From Propionibacterium ruminifibrarum (lineage in GTDB: Bacteria > Actinomycetota > Actinomycetes > Propionibacteriales > Propionibacteriaceae), in contig NZ_OMOH01000003.1 of assembly GCF_900289195.1 (NCBI RefSeq), positions 30,001-62,000 of the forward strand: a stretch of DNA of 32,000 nucleotides, written 5' to 3'. This document shows positions 9,212 to 16,660 of the stretch, piece by piece. Each line of letters begins with the position of its first letter. The stretch's first letter is position 1. A program made the translations under genes and the position numbers. The notes beneath the pieces were generated by a model, which worked only from the letters and a program-made list of their open reading frames with translations, had not been told where the DNA came from and did not search any database.

Positions 9212-10720
9212 TCAGACGTCGGCGGTCATCATCTCCGGCCCGGACTCGTGCCGGCGGGCCAGCGCGTGGCGCCTGCCGTAGCCGAAGTAGATCGCCAGGC
9301 CGATGGCCATCCACGCCAGGAAACGCGCCCAGGTGGCCAGCGACAGGTTCATCATCATGTACAGGCAGGCGAGCACCGACAGGATCGGCAGCACCGGGGA
9401 GAGCGGAACCCTGAACGGGCGGTTCAGGTCGGGGCGGGTGCGGCGCAGGATCGGGACGGCCGCGCTGACCACGACGAAGGCGAACAGCGTGCCGATCGAG
9501 ACCATGTCGGCCAGGGCCCGCAGCGGGACGAAGCCGGCCAGGACGGCCACCAGAACCGTCGTGAGGGCGATGACGCGGTAGGGCGTGCCCCACCGGGGGT
9601 GCACCCTGGCCACCTGCATTGGCAGCAGGCCGTCCCGCCCCATGGCGAAGGCGATGCGGCCCATGCCGATGATGTCGACGAGGATCACCGAGGTCAGGCC
9701 GCAGATGGCGGCGATGGCGATGAGGGCGCCCGCCCAGTTCAGCCCGACGGACTTGAAGGCCTCGGCGACCGGCGCCCCCTCGTCGATCTCGGTGTACTTC
9801 ACCATGCCGGTGACGACGAGACACACCACGACGTAGAGGGCGGTGCAGATGCCGAGCGTGCCGAGCACGCCGCGCACCAGATCGCGCTGCGGGTTCTTGG
9901 TCTCCTCGCCCATGTTGGCGACGACCTCGAAGCCCGAGTAGGCGAAGAAGACCACGGCCGCCGCGGTGAGGATGCCGGCCACCCCGAAGGTGGACGACGA
10001 GACCCCGGTGACTGCCTGCACCAGGCTCGTCTCCCAGTCGGCCTCGCCGCTCTCGGTGGTGGGGGCGGGGCTGGGGACGAACGGTCTGTAGTTGGCTGCC
10101 TTGATGAAGAAGGCGCCCACGGCGATGATGAAGATGCAGATGCTCACCTTGACGACGACGAGCAGGTTCGTGACCCGGGCCGACTCCTTGGCGCCGATCA
10201 TCGCGACGAGGCCGAGTACCACGGCGATGAGGATGCCCCCCAGGTTGATCGTCGCCGTCTCGCCGAAGATGGCGTCCGGCAGGTTGAACAACGACTTGAG
10301 ATAACCCGACCAGCCCCGCGAGACGACGCCGGCGCCGAGCGCGAACTCGAGGACGAGGTCCCAGCCGATGATCCAGGCGAAGATCTCGCCGAGCGTCGCG
10401 TAGGCGTAGGTGTAGGCCGAGCCGGCCGTGGGAACCGCTGAGGCCATCTCGCAATAGCACAGGGCCGCCAGCAGGGCGATGAGGCCGGCCAGGGCGTACG
10501 AGATCGTGACGGCCGGGCCGGCGTGGTTGCGGGCCTCGATGCCGGTCAGCGTGAAGATGCCGGTCCCGATGACCATGCCGATACCCAGGCCGAGCAGGTC
10601 CTTGACGGTCAGCTGGCGCTTGAGGACGCCGGGGGAGTCGACGTCGGCGGCGGCATCCTCGGACTGCTGGGCGATGATGTCCTCGATCGGCTTCAGGCGA
10701 AGCGCTCCGTTTCTGCTCAC
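9212..10720 (-). CDS. APC-superfamily amino acid permease (cationic amino acid transporter-like)
   Basis: 502 aa with about 12-14 TM helices and a GTG start. N-terminal signature: LKRQLTVKDLLGLGIGMVIGTGIFTLTG...AGPAVTISYALAGLIALLAALCYCEMASAVPTAGSAYTY. Confidence 0.9.
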   Translation of the reverse strand: MSRNGALRLKPIEDIIAQQSEDAAADVDSPGVLKRQLTVKDLLGLGIGMVIGTGIFTLTGIEARNHAGPAVTISYALAGLIALLAALCYCEMASAVPTAGSAYTYAYATLGEIFAWIIGWDLVLEFALGAGVVSRGWSGYLKSLFNLPDAIFGETATINLGGILIAVVLGLVAMIGAKESARVTNLLVVVKVSICIFIIAVGAFFIKAANYRPFVPSPAPTTESGEADWETSLVQAVTGVSSSTFGVAGILTAAAVVFFAYSGFEVVANMGEETKNPQRDLVRGVLGTLGICTALYVVVCLVVTGMVKYTEIDEGAPVAEAFKSVGLNWAGALIAIAAICGLTSVILVDIIGMGRIAFAMGRDGLLPMQVARVHPRWGTPYRVIALTTVLVAVLAGFVPLRALADMVSIGTLFAFVVVSAAVPILRRTRPDLNRPFRVPLSPVLPILSVLACLYMMMNLSLATWARFLAWMAIGLAIYFGYGRRHALARRHESGPEMMTADV

Positions 10721-10899
10721 AGGGGAACGGTATTACCTTGACGTGAAGACATCGGATGGTGCCCACGAACGCTCTGGGCGAAACCGGTGTCCGCCCGACC
10801 GGGGCCTGCGACTGGTCGGCGCCGCCGCGTCACGAGCGCGCATGCCCCAGAACACGGGCCGTGGCCGCGCCCGGCGCTTCGCCGAGGGCCGGGTTCTGG

Positions 10900-12108
10900 T
10901 CACCAGTCGTACATGCCGCCGTCGCGCAGGCGGTTCACCGGGAGCGATTTCGGTGTGTACGGGTACCGGGCGGCCGCCTCCTCGTCGACCTCCACGCCCA
11001 GGCCGGGGGTGTCGTCCAGGGTGATGACGCCGTCCTCGACCCTGTAGTGGGGGGTGAAGACCGCCCAGGTCTCCTCCGGGTAACCCATGTACTCCTGCAT
11101 GCCGAAGTTCGGGATGGTCCAGTCCAGCGCGAAGTTCGCGGCCTGGCCGATCGGGGAGATGTCGGAGGCGCCCTGCATGCCCGAACGGACGCCGTAGACG
11201 TCGGCCAGGGCGAGGATCTGGCGCAGGTGCGTCAGGCCGCCGCCGTGGGTGACGGGGATGCGAATGTAGTCGATCAGGCGGCCACTGATCGCCTGCTGAC
11301 AGTCGTAGACGCTGTTCCAAACCTCGCCGACGGCGATCGGGCAGCTGGTGAGGGAGCGGACGGTGGCGAAGGCCTGCTGGTCCTCCTCGGGAGTGGGGTC
11401 CTCGAGCCAGAACATGCGGTAGGGCTCGAGTCGGCGGCCCATCCAGCCGGCCTGGCTGGGAGTGAGCCGGTGGTGACCGTCGTGCAGCAGTTCGAAGCCG
11501 TAACCCAACTCGTCGCGGGTTGCCTTGATGAGCCTGGGGAGGAAGTCGAGGTAGGCGCCGGTGTCCCATTCCTCGACGTCGGGCAGGGTGCTGCTGGCGG
11601 GCTCGTACTCCTCGTCACCCTTGGCGACGCCGTATGCGGTGGCCAGCCCCGGCACCTGCGCCTGGATGCGGATGGCCTTGTAGCCCTCGGCGAGCCTGGC
11701 CCCGGCCTCCTCGAGGGCCGCCTCGACGGTGTGGCCCGAGCAGTGCGGGTAGGCGGTGATGTAGTCGCGGGCCCGGCCGCCGAGCAGGCGGTGCACCGGC
11801 ACGCCCAGCGCCTTGGCGTTGAGGTCCCACAGGGCCTGGTCGATTGCGGAGATCGCCGACATGGTGACCGGTCCGCGGCGCCAGTAGGCGCCCTTGTAGC
11901 AGAACTGCCAGATGTCGTTGATGCGACTGGCGTCGGAGCCGATGAGCGCCGGGGCCAGGTGGTCTGTGACATAGGACGCGACGGCCAGCTCACGGCCGTT
12001 CAACGTGCCGTCGCCGTAGCCGACGAGGCCGTCGTCGGTGGTGATCTTCACGGTGCAGAAGGTGCGTCCCGGCGAGCACATCAGGACGTCGATGGCTTGA
12101 ATCCGCAT
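10900..12108 (-). CDS. enolase-superfamily dehydratase, D-mannonate dehydratase (ManD) subgroup
   Basis: ORF 10900..12315 trimmed to ATG 12108 (AAGGAGA 5 nt upstream). Sequence: MRIQAIDVLMCSPGRTFCTVKITTDDGLVGYGDGTLNGRE..., FWLEDPTP, and the C-terminal ...RLRDGGMYDW typical of ManD-type proteins. 402 aa. Confidence 0.88.
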   Translation of the reverse strand: MRIQAIDVLMCSPGRTFCTVKITTDDGLVGYGDGTLNGRELAVASYVTDHLAPALIGSDASRINDIWQFCYKGAYWRRGPVTMSAISAIDQALWDLNAKALGVPVHRLLGGRARDYITAYPHCSGHTVEAALEEAGARLAEGYKAIRIQAQVPGLATAYGVAKGDEEYEPASSTLPDVEEWDTGAYLDFLPRLIKATRDELGYGFELLHDGHHRLTPSQAGWMGRRLEPYRMFWLEDPTPEEDQQAFATVRSLTSCPIAVGEVWNSVYDCQQAISGRLIDYIRIPVTHGGGLTHLRQILALADVYGVRSGMQGASDISPIGQAANFALDWTIPNFGMQEYMGYPEETWAVFTPHYRVEDGVITLDDTPGLGVEVDEEAAARYPYTPKSLPVNRLRDGGMYDW

Positions 12109-12348
12109 GGTTCTCCTTGAGAAACAACTCTTTCGCCTAGCGCAAAGCATAATGCGCGGTGTGTTCGCGCGCACCCCGAAGGAGGGGAGAGGCGCCGGGG
12201 TCGGTTCCGCAGGAGGGTGCCGGTGCGCGGTACGGCTCGCCGCGGGCAAGGCGGGCGGCCGGGGCGATACGCCACGGCGCCTTCGCCCTCTCCCCGAGAC
12301 TCCCACGCCGAGCACCGCCCCGTGGGCTCACTCATCTAGGCTTGGCCC

Positions 12349-13032
12349 ATGTCCGAGCGCAAGAGTGTCCTGATCACCGGTGCGACACGAGGCATTGGCC
12401 GCGCGATCGCCGAGGAGCTGGCCCCCGACTGGCACGTCATCGTCGGTGGGCGCCGGCCCGACGCGGTGAACGCCCTCGTCGAGTCCCTGCCCAGCGCCGA
12501 GCCCTTCCTCGCCGACGTGCTCGACGGCGAGGCCCTCATCGAGGCCGCCTCGCACGTCACCGGGCTCGACGCCCTCATCCCGTGTGCGGGCCAGACCACG
12601 CTCGGTCGCATCGCTGATCTCACACCCGAGCAGTGGCGTGCCGAGTTCGAACTCAATGTCATCGCCCCGGCCCAGCTGACCCGCCTGCTCCTGCCCGCCC
12701 TGCGCGACCGTGCCGGTCATGTCGTCTTCATCAACTCCGGCGGCGGCCTGCACACCAGGGGCAATGACGCCTGCTACTCGGCGTCGAAGCACGCCCTCGT
12801 CGCGGTCGCCAACGGGCTGCGCGCCGAGGAGGCCGGCCGGGTCCGGGTCACCTCGATCCACCCCGGCAAGGTCGACACCGACATGCAGGTGGCGATGCAG
12901 GCCGAACTCGGCAACCCCTACGAGCCCGAGCGCTACCTGAGCCCACACGATGTCGCCCGCACCGTCAGGCTCGCCCTGACCATGGACCCCGGTGCCAACA
13001 TCGACATGCTGTCGGTCAGGCCCACCAGGTGA
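12349..13032 (+). CDS. short-chain dehydrogenase/reductase (SDR) family oxidoreductase
   Basis: TGATRGIGRAIA cofactor motif, NSGGG, catalytic YSASKHAL. 227 aa. Confidence 0.9.
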   Translation: MSERKSVLITGATRGIGRAIAEELAPDWHVIVGGRRPDAVNALVESLPSAEPFLADVLDGEALIEAASHVTGLDALIPCAGQTTLGRIADLTPEQWRAEFELNVIAPAQLTRLLLPALRDRAGHVVFINSGGGLHTRGNDACYSASKHALVAVANGLRAEEAGRVRVTSIHPGKVDTDMQVAMQAELGNPYEPERYLSPHDVARTVRLALTMDPGANIDMLSVRPTR

Positions 13033-13050
13033 CGCGGGCCCGGGCCCGCG
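13033..13050 (+). terminator. 18-nt GC palindrome CGCGGGCCCGGGCCCGCG immediately after the SDR stop
   Basis: Could fold as a 7-bp stem with a CCGG loop. There is no U-tract, so this is weak. Confidence 0.3.
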
Positions 13051-13185
13051 GTGGTGCCGGCAGGGCCGCGCTCGCCCTTGGGCCTGACACGGTCACCTCG
13101 AACACCCCGGTGGCTCGGCGAGCGCGATGGGCGCGGGCGGGATCGGCAAGATCCCAGCCCGGCAGGGGACGGCAGCCAGGACCAG

Positions 13186-14070
13186 CTAGCCGCGCCGACG
13201 GGCCAGCTCGGCGACGCAGGCGTCCAGCAGGGGCTGCGGGTCGGGCGTCCGCCCGGTCATGAGGCGCACCTGCCCGATGCCCTGGAAGACGAGCAGGTCG
13301 ATGCCGTCCACGCTCACCCGGCCCGCTGAGGCGGCAGCCCGCGAGAGCGCGGAGGGGTACTGCTCGTAGAAGACGTCGAAGACGACCGGGGCGCATCTGA
13401 CGATCTGCGCCGCCTCGGCGTCGGTGAACTCGACCGGAGCCGTCGACAGCAGCAGGTCGGCCCTGTCGGTCCCCAGACCGCCCAGCCGGTCCCAGCCGGT
13501 CACGTCGAGGTCGATGCCGTAGCGGGCGGCCACCTCGTCCAGGCTGGCATGGGCGCGTTCGGCGCTGCGGGCCACGACCTCGACCCGGTTGACGCCGATG
13601 CGAGACAGCGCGGCCAGCCCGCTGCGGGCGGTGGCGCCCGCGCCCACCAGGATCGCCGTGGTGGCGCTCGTCAGCCCGCGGTGGGCGAGGGCGCCGGTCA
13701 TGCCGGGTACATCCGTGTTGTAGCAGCGGTTGGACTCCGGAGGGCCCGGTCGTTCCCCGGACGAGCCGAAGATGATCGTGTTCGCCGCGTTCAGTTCGGT
13801 GACGAGCGGCTCTGGTGAACCGTGGGCGATGATCTCGGACTTGAACGGCATCGTCACCGACAGGCCCACCCAGCTGGAGTCGAGCGTGGCCCAGAACTCG
13901 TCCAGGTGCCCCGGCTCGACGTCGATCGCCTCGTAGCTCCAGTCGCTCAGACCGAGCGTGGCGTAGGCGGCCCGGTGCAGGGCGGGGGACAGTGAGTGCG
14001 CAGCCGGGTGGCCGATGACGGCGCAGCGGTGCGTCACGGGAGCATCCTGCCCCGTTTCTCGCCCGGTCAT
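13186..14070 (-). CDS. aroE: shikimate dehydrogenase family protein (AroE-like)
   Basis: ORF trimmed to ATG 14070, which overlaps the upstream stop as ATGA. Motifs: VIGHPAAHSLSPALHRAAY, SVTMPFK (catalytic Lys), NTD, GAGATARS nucleotide loop. 294 aa. Confidence 0.82.
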   Translation of the reverse strand: MTGRETGQDAPVTHRCAVIGHPAAHSLSPALHRAAYATLGLSDWSYEAIDVEPGHLDEFWATLDSSWVGLSVTMPFKSEIIAHGSPEPLVTELNAANTIIFGSSGERPGPPESNRCYNTDVPGMTGALAHRGLTSATTAILVGAGATARSGLAALSRIGVNRVEVVARSAERAHASLDEVAARYGIDLDVTGWDRLGGLGTDRADLLLSTAPVEFTDAEAAQIVRCAPVVFDVFYEQYPSALSRAAASAGRVSVDGIDLLVFQGIGQVRLMTGRTPDPQPLLDACVAELARRRG

Positions 14071-15080
14071 CGGGCCCCGGCCAGGTACTCGTCGATCTCG
14101 GCCCGCAACTGGGCCTTGAGATCCAGCGGGGCCCACGAGATGTCGACCGCGTTGCGACACAGCAGGGCCAGGAAGGCCTCGTCCACGCCCCCCTCGTCGG
14201 CGACCAGCTGGAGGTTCTCGGCGATGTATCCGCCGAAGTAGGCCGGATCGTCGGAGTTGATGCAGACCTTGACGCCCCTGCCGACCAGGTCCTTGACCAC
14301 GTCGATCTTGGAACCCTCACTGATCCAGGTGTTCGAGATGGGGCAGGAGGTCAGGCCGATGCCCCTGTCGACCAGGGTTTGGACGAGGGCCGGGTTCTCG
14401 ACCACATTGGTGCCGTGGTCGATGCGGGCGGCCCCGATGTCCTCGACGACCTGTCGGATGTGCTCGATCGAGCCGGCGATGTCGACGTCGCAGTGCATGG
14501 TCAGCAGATAGCCCTCCTGGCGGGCGCGGGCGAACACCTCGGCGAACGCGCCGGGAGGATTGCCCGTCTCGTCGGAGTCGAGGCCGACGCCCAGGATCCA
14601 GGCGCGGTAGGGCAGCGACTCCAGCAGGGTGGCCATGGCGTACTCGGGCTGGAAGTCCCGCAGGAAGCACATGATGAGGCCCGAACGGACACCGAGGTTC
14701 TGCTCGGCCTCGAGCTGGGCACGACGCAGGCCCTGGATCACGACGTCGAACGGTATGCCGCGGCAGGTGTGGGCCTGCGGGTCGAAGAACATCTCGGCGT
14801 ACCGCACGTTCTGCGAAGCGGCCCTCGTGAGATAGGCCATGGCCAGGTCGTGGAAGTCCTCGGCCGTGCGCAGCACGTTCATGCCGTCGTAGTAGCTGTC
14901 CAGGAAGGACGACAGGTCGTCGAAGTCGTACGAGGCGCGCACCTGGTCGACGGTGTCGTGGGCGAGCGCGATGCCGTTGCGCTCGGCGAGGGCGAACTTC
15001 AGTTCCGGTTCGAGGGTGCCCTCGATGTGCAGGTGGAGTTCGACCTTGGGCAGGCCGGCGACGAAGGGGCTGATGTGCAT
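14067..15080 (-). CDS. adenosine deaminase family protein, most like type-2 adenine deaminase
   Basis: LPKVELHLHIEGTLEPEL (HxH metal site), MHCDV, IDHG, CINSDDPAYFGGY. 337 aa. GAGG lies 10 nt upstream of the ATG. Confidence 0.9.
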   Translation of the reverse strand: MHISPFVAGLPKVELHLHIEGTLEPELKFALAERNGIALAHDTVDQVRASYDFDDLSSFLDSYYDGMNVLRTAEDFHDLAMAYLTRAASQNVRYAEMFFDPQAHTCRGIPFDVVIQGLRRAQLEAEQNLGVRSGLIMCFLRDFQPEYAMATLLESLPYRAWILGVGLDSDETGNPPGAFAEVFARARQEGYLLTMHCDVDIAGSIEHIRQVVEDIGAARIDHGTNVVENPALVQTLVDRGIGLTSCPISNTWISEGSKIDVVKDLVGRGVKVCINSDDPAYFGGYIAENLQLVADEGGVDEAFLALLCRNAVDISWAPLDLKAQLRAEIDEYLAGAR

Positions 15081-15214
15081 GGTCGGGACCTCACTGTGGC
15101 TGGAGCGGGCGCGCAGCCCGGATCGGTGACCCCGACTCTACGCATTGACAAGACGATAAGACGCTATCGGCCTCCATTGAGGATAAGTGGCCGATCAGGC
15201 CTTAGCGTTGGGAC

Positions 15215-16267
15215 ATGGCCACCTATCTGTGTTTCGTCGCCGGACGCCTCGACGGCGTCCTCACCTCGCTCCTCGTCGACGACGAGTCCGGCTCGGTGCA
15301 CCTCGCCGGACGCACGGCCACCGGTCCGCGGCCCATGCCCGTCGTCGTCGACGCGGCCCGCGCCCTCGTGCACGTCGGCAACGGCGGTGACCCGCACAGC
15401 ATCACCACCATGTCCTGGGCCGCCGACCAGGCGACGAGCCCGGTCGCCACCGCCCGGTGCCCGATCGTCCAGACCTACATGAGCGTCGTCGGCGACCTGC
15501 TCATGGCCGTCAGCTACGCCGAGTGCGAGCTGGCCTGCGCACGCCTGGGCGCCGACGGGCTCGTGGACGCCTCCACCTGGCAGGTGACCCGCACCGGCCG
15601 CCAGCCGCACTGCATCGTCCCCAGCCCCGATGGCCGCCACGTCTACATGAGCCTGCTCGGCGAGGACCGCCTCGTCGGGTTCCGTGTCACGAGCGGCGGG
15701 CTCGTGCCGGACCAGCGGCTCGGCGCCGCCCTCGATCACGAGGCCGGGCCCCGGCACATCCGTTTCTCACCCGACGGCTCCTCGCTCTACGTCACCGAGG
15801 AGTTCGGCGGCAACGTCGTGCACATGCACCGCGACAACACCACCGGGGCCCTCACGCCGAGCGGCAGCACGATGAGCTGCGTCGCGCCCGGCGCCGGGCT
15901 GCGCCACGGCGTCTACGTGCCGCCCGGCCGGGAACCCTCCGCTGACGAGTCCGACCAGCGCATCTGGGCCGCCGACCTGGTCATCGCGCCGGACGGCGGC
16001 TGGGCGGTGGCCTCCGAGCGGCGCGCCTCAACGCTCACCATGGCCGCACTCAACCCCGACGGCAGTTTCGGCGCCCGGCTCGCCCAGCTGGACACCCAGC
16101 CCCAGCCGCGCGGCATCGGCCTCATCGGCCCGCACCTGGTGATCGCTGGCGGCGAACTCGCCCAGACCGCCACCGTCTACCGCGCCGATGCCGGCGGGCT
16201 GAGTGAACTGGGGGTCGTGGATGGTTTGGGCGGGCCCATCTGGTTCGAATCCGTGCCGATCGGCTGA
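15215..16267 (+). CDS. lactonase, 7-bladed beta-propeller (Pgl/YbhE-like)
   Basis: Repeated blade motifs QPHCIVPSPDGRHVYMS and GPRHIRFSPDGSSLYVTEEFGGNVVHMHRDNTTGAL. 350 aa with high GC3. Confidence 0.78.
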   Translation: MATYLCFVAGRLDGVLTSLLVDDESGSVHLAGRTATGPRPMPVVVDAARALVHVGNGGDPHSITTMSWAADQATSPVATARCPIVQTYMSVVGDLLMAVSYAECELACARLGADGLVDASTWQVTRTGRQPHCIVPSPDGRHVYMSLLGEDRLVGFRVTSGGLVPDQRLGAALDHEAGPRHIRFSPDGSSLYVTEEFGGNVVHMHRDNTTGALTPSGSTMSCVAPGAGLRHGVYVPPGREPSADESDQRIWAADLVIAPDGGWAVASERRASTLTMAALNPDGSFGARLAQLDTQPQPRGIGLIGPHLVIAGGELAQTATVYRADAGGLSELGVVDGLGGPIWFESVPIG

Positions 16268-16391
16268 GATGTGGGGTTTTCTGTCATGTGGCGGGGTCAG
16301 GTGCCTCGTGCTGGTTGCGTGGGGGCGCCTGTTCGTTGCCGGTGCCTGCTGCGGCGTGTCCCGCGACGCGTGGGCAGGGATGCCGAATCCA

Positions 16392-16443
16392 ACAGGATCT
16401 GGCCGTTTCCGCGTTTTTCCGGCCTGAAACGGCCAGATCCTGT
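16392..16443. repeat. perfect 17-bp inverted repeat ACAGGATCTGGCCGTTT / AAACGGCCAGATCCTGT with an 18-nt T-rich loop
   Basis: Arms at 16392-16408 and 16427-16443, read directly. It sits in the convergent gap between the lactonase and the ABC permease. Confidence 0.7.
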
Positions 16444-16508
16444 CAGGAAAAGCATGCCCTCGGCGCCGGGCGGGAACGCGCCGGAGAAACACCGGCCGGG
16501 CCGACGGG

Positions 16509-16551
16509 GCGCGGGCCCCGGGCGTCGTGACTCGTTGCCCGGGGCCCGCGC
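16509..16551. repeat. perfect 15-bp inverted repeat GCGCGGGCCCCGGGC / GCCCGGGGCCCGCGC with a 13-nt loop
   Basis: Arms at 16509-16523 and 16537-16551, read directly. Confidence 0.7.
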
Positions 16552-16573
16552 GCGAGCCGGCCGTCCGGCCCGC

Positions 16574-16616
16574 GCCGTGCCGGACACGCCGGGAAGGAGG
16601 GCGTGCCCGGCACGGC
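16574..16616. repeat. 16-bp stem (one A/C mismatch) GCCGTGCCGGaCACGCC / GGCGTGcCCGGCACGGC, loop gggaaggag
   Basis: Read directly. It adjoins the terminator hairpin at 16621-16657. Confidence 0.6.
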
Positions 16617-16620
16617 TGCT

Positions 16621-16657
16621 GCCGGCCGCCGCGGCCCCCTTCACCGCGGCGGCCGGC
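16621..16657 (-). terminator. terminator hairpin of the ABC operon: GCCGGCCGCCGCGG-N9-CCGCGGCGGCCGGC
   Basis: Perfect 14-bp stem that starts 4 nt after the permease stop (16661-16663) on the minus strand. Confidence 0.6.
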
Positions 16658-16660
16658 ATG

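Noticed and set aside
12140-12157. A shared AAGCATAA string upstream of both argG (4868-4875 region) and the ManD gene, considered as a common regulatory motif.
   Set aside because: Only 8 nt are shared, and the surrounding dyads differ (GCATAAC-N6-GTTATGC versus GCGCA-N8-TGCGC). This is most likely coincidence.
14067-15080. The adenosine deaminase family gene as a RADAR-like (RdrB) defence deaminase, and tadA (23807-24259) as an editing effector.
   Set aside because: Both have ordinary housekeeping size and motifs. There is no adjacent giant ATPase (RdrA) or other defence context.
16242-16252. A T-loop-like GGTTCGAATCC at the 3' end of the lactonase gene, considered as a tRNA-derived att site or integration scar.
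   Set aside because: Only 11 nt match. The flanks cannot form a T-stem or acceptor stem, the segment is in frame within coding sequence (IWFESVPIG), and no integrase or second repeat is present.
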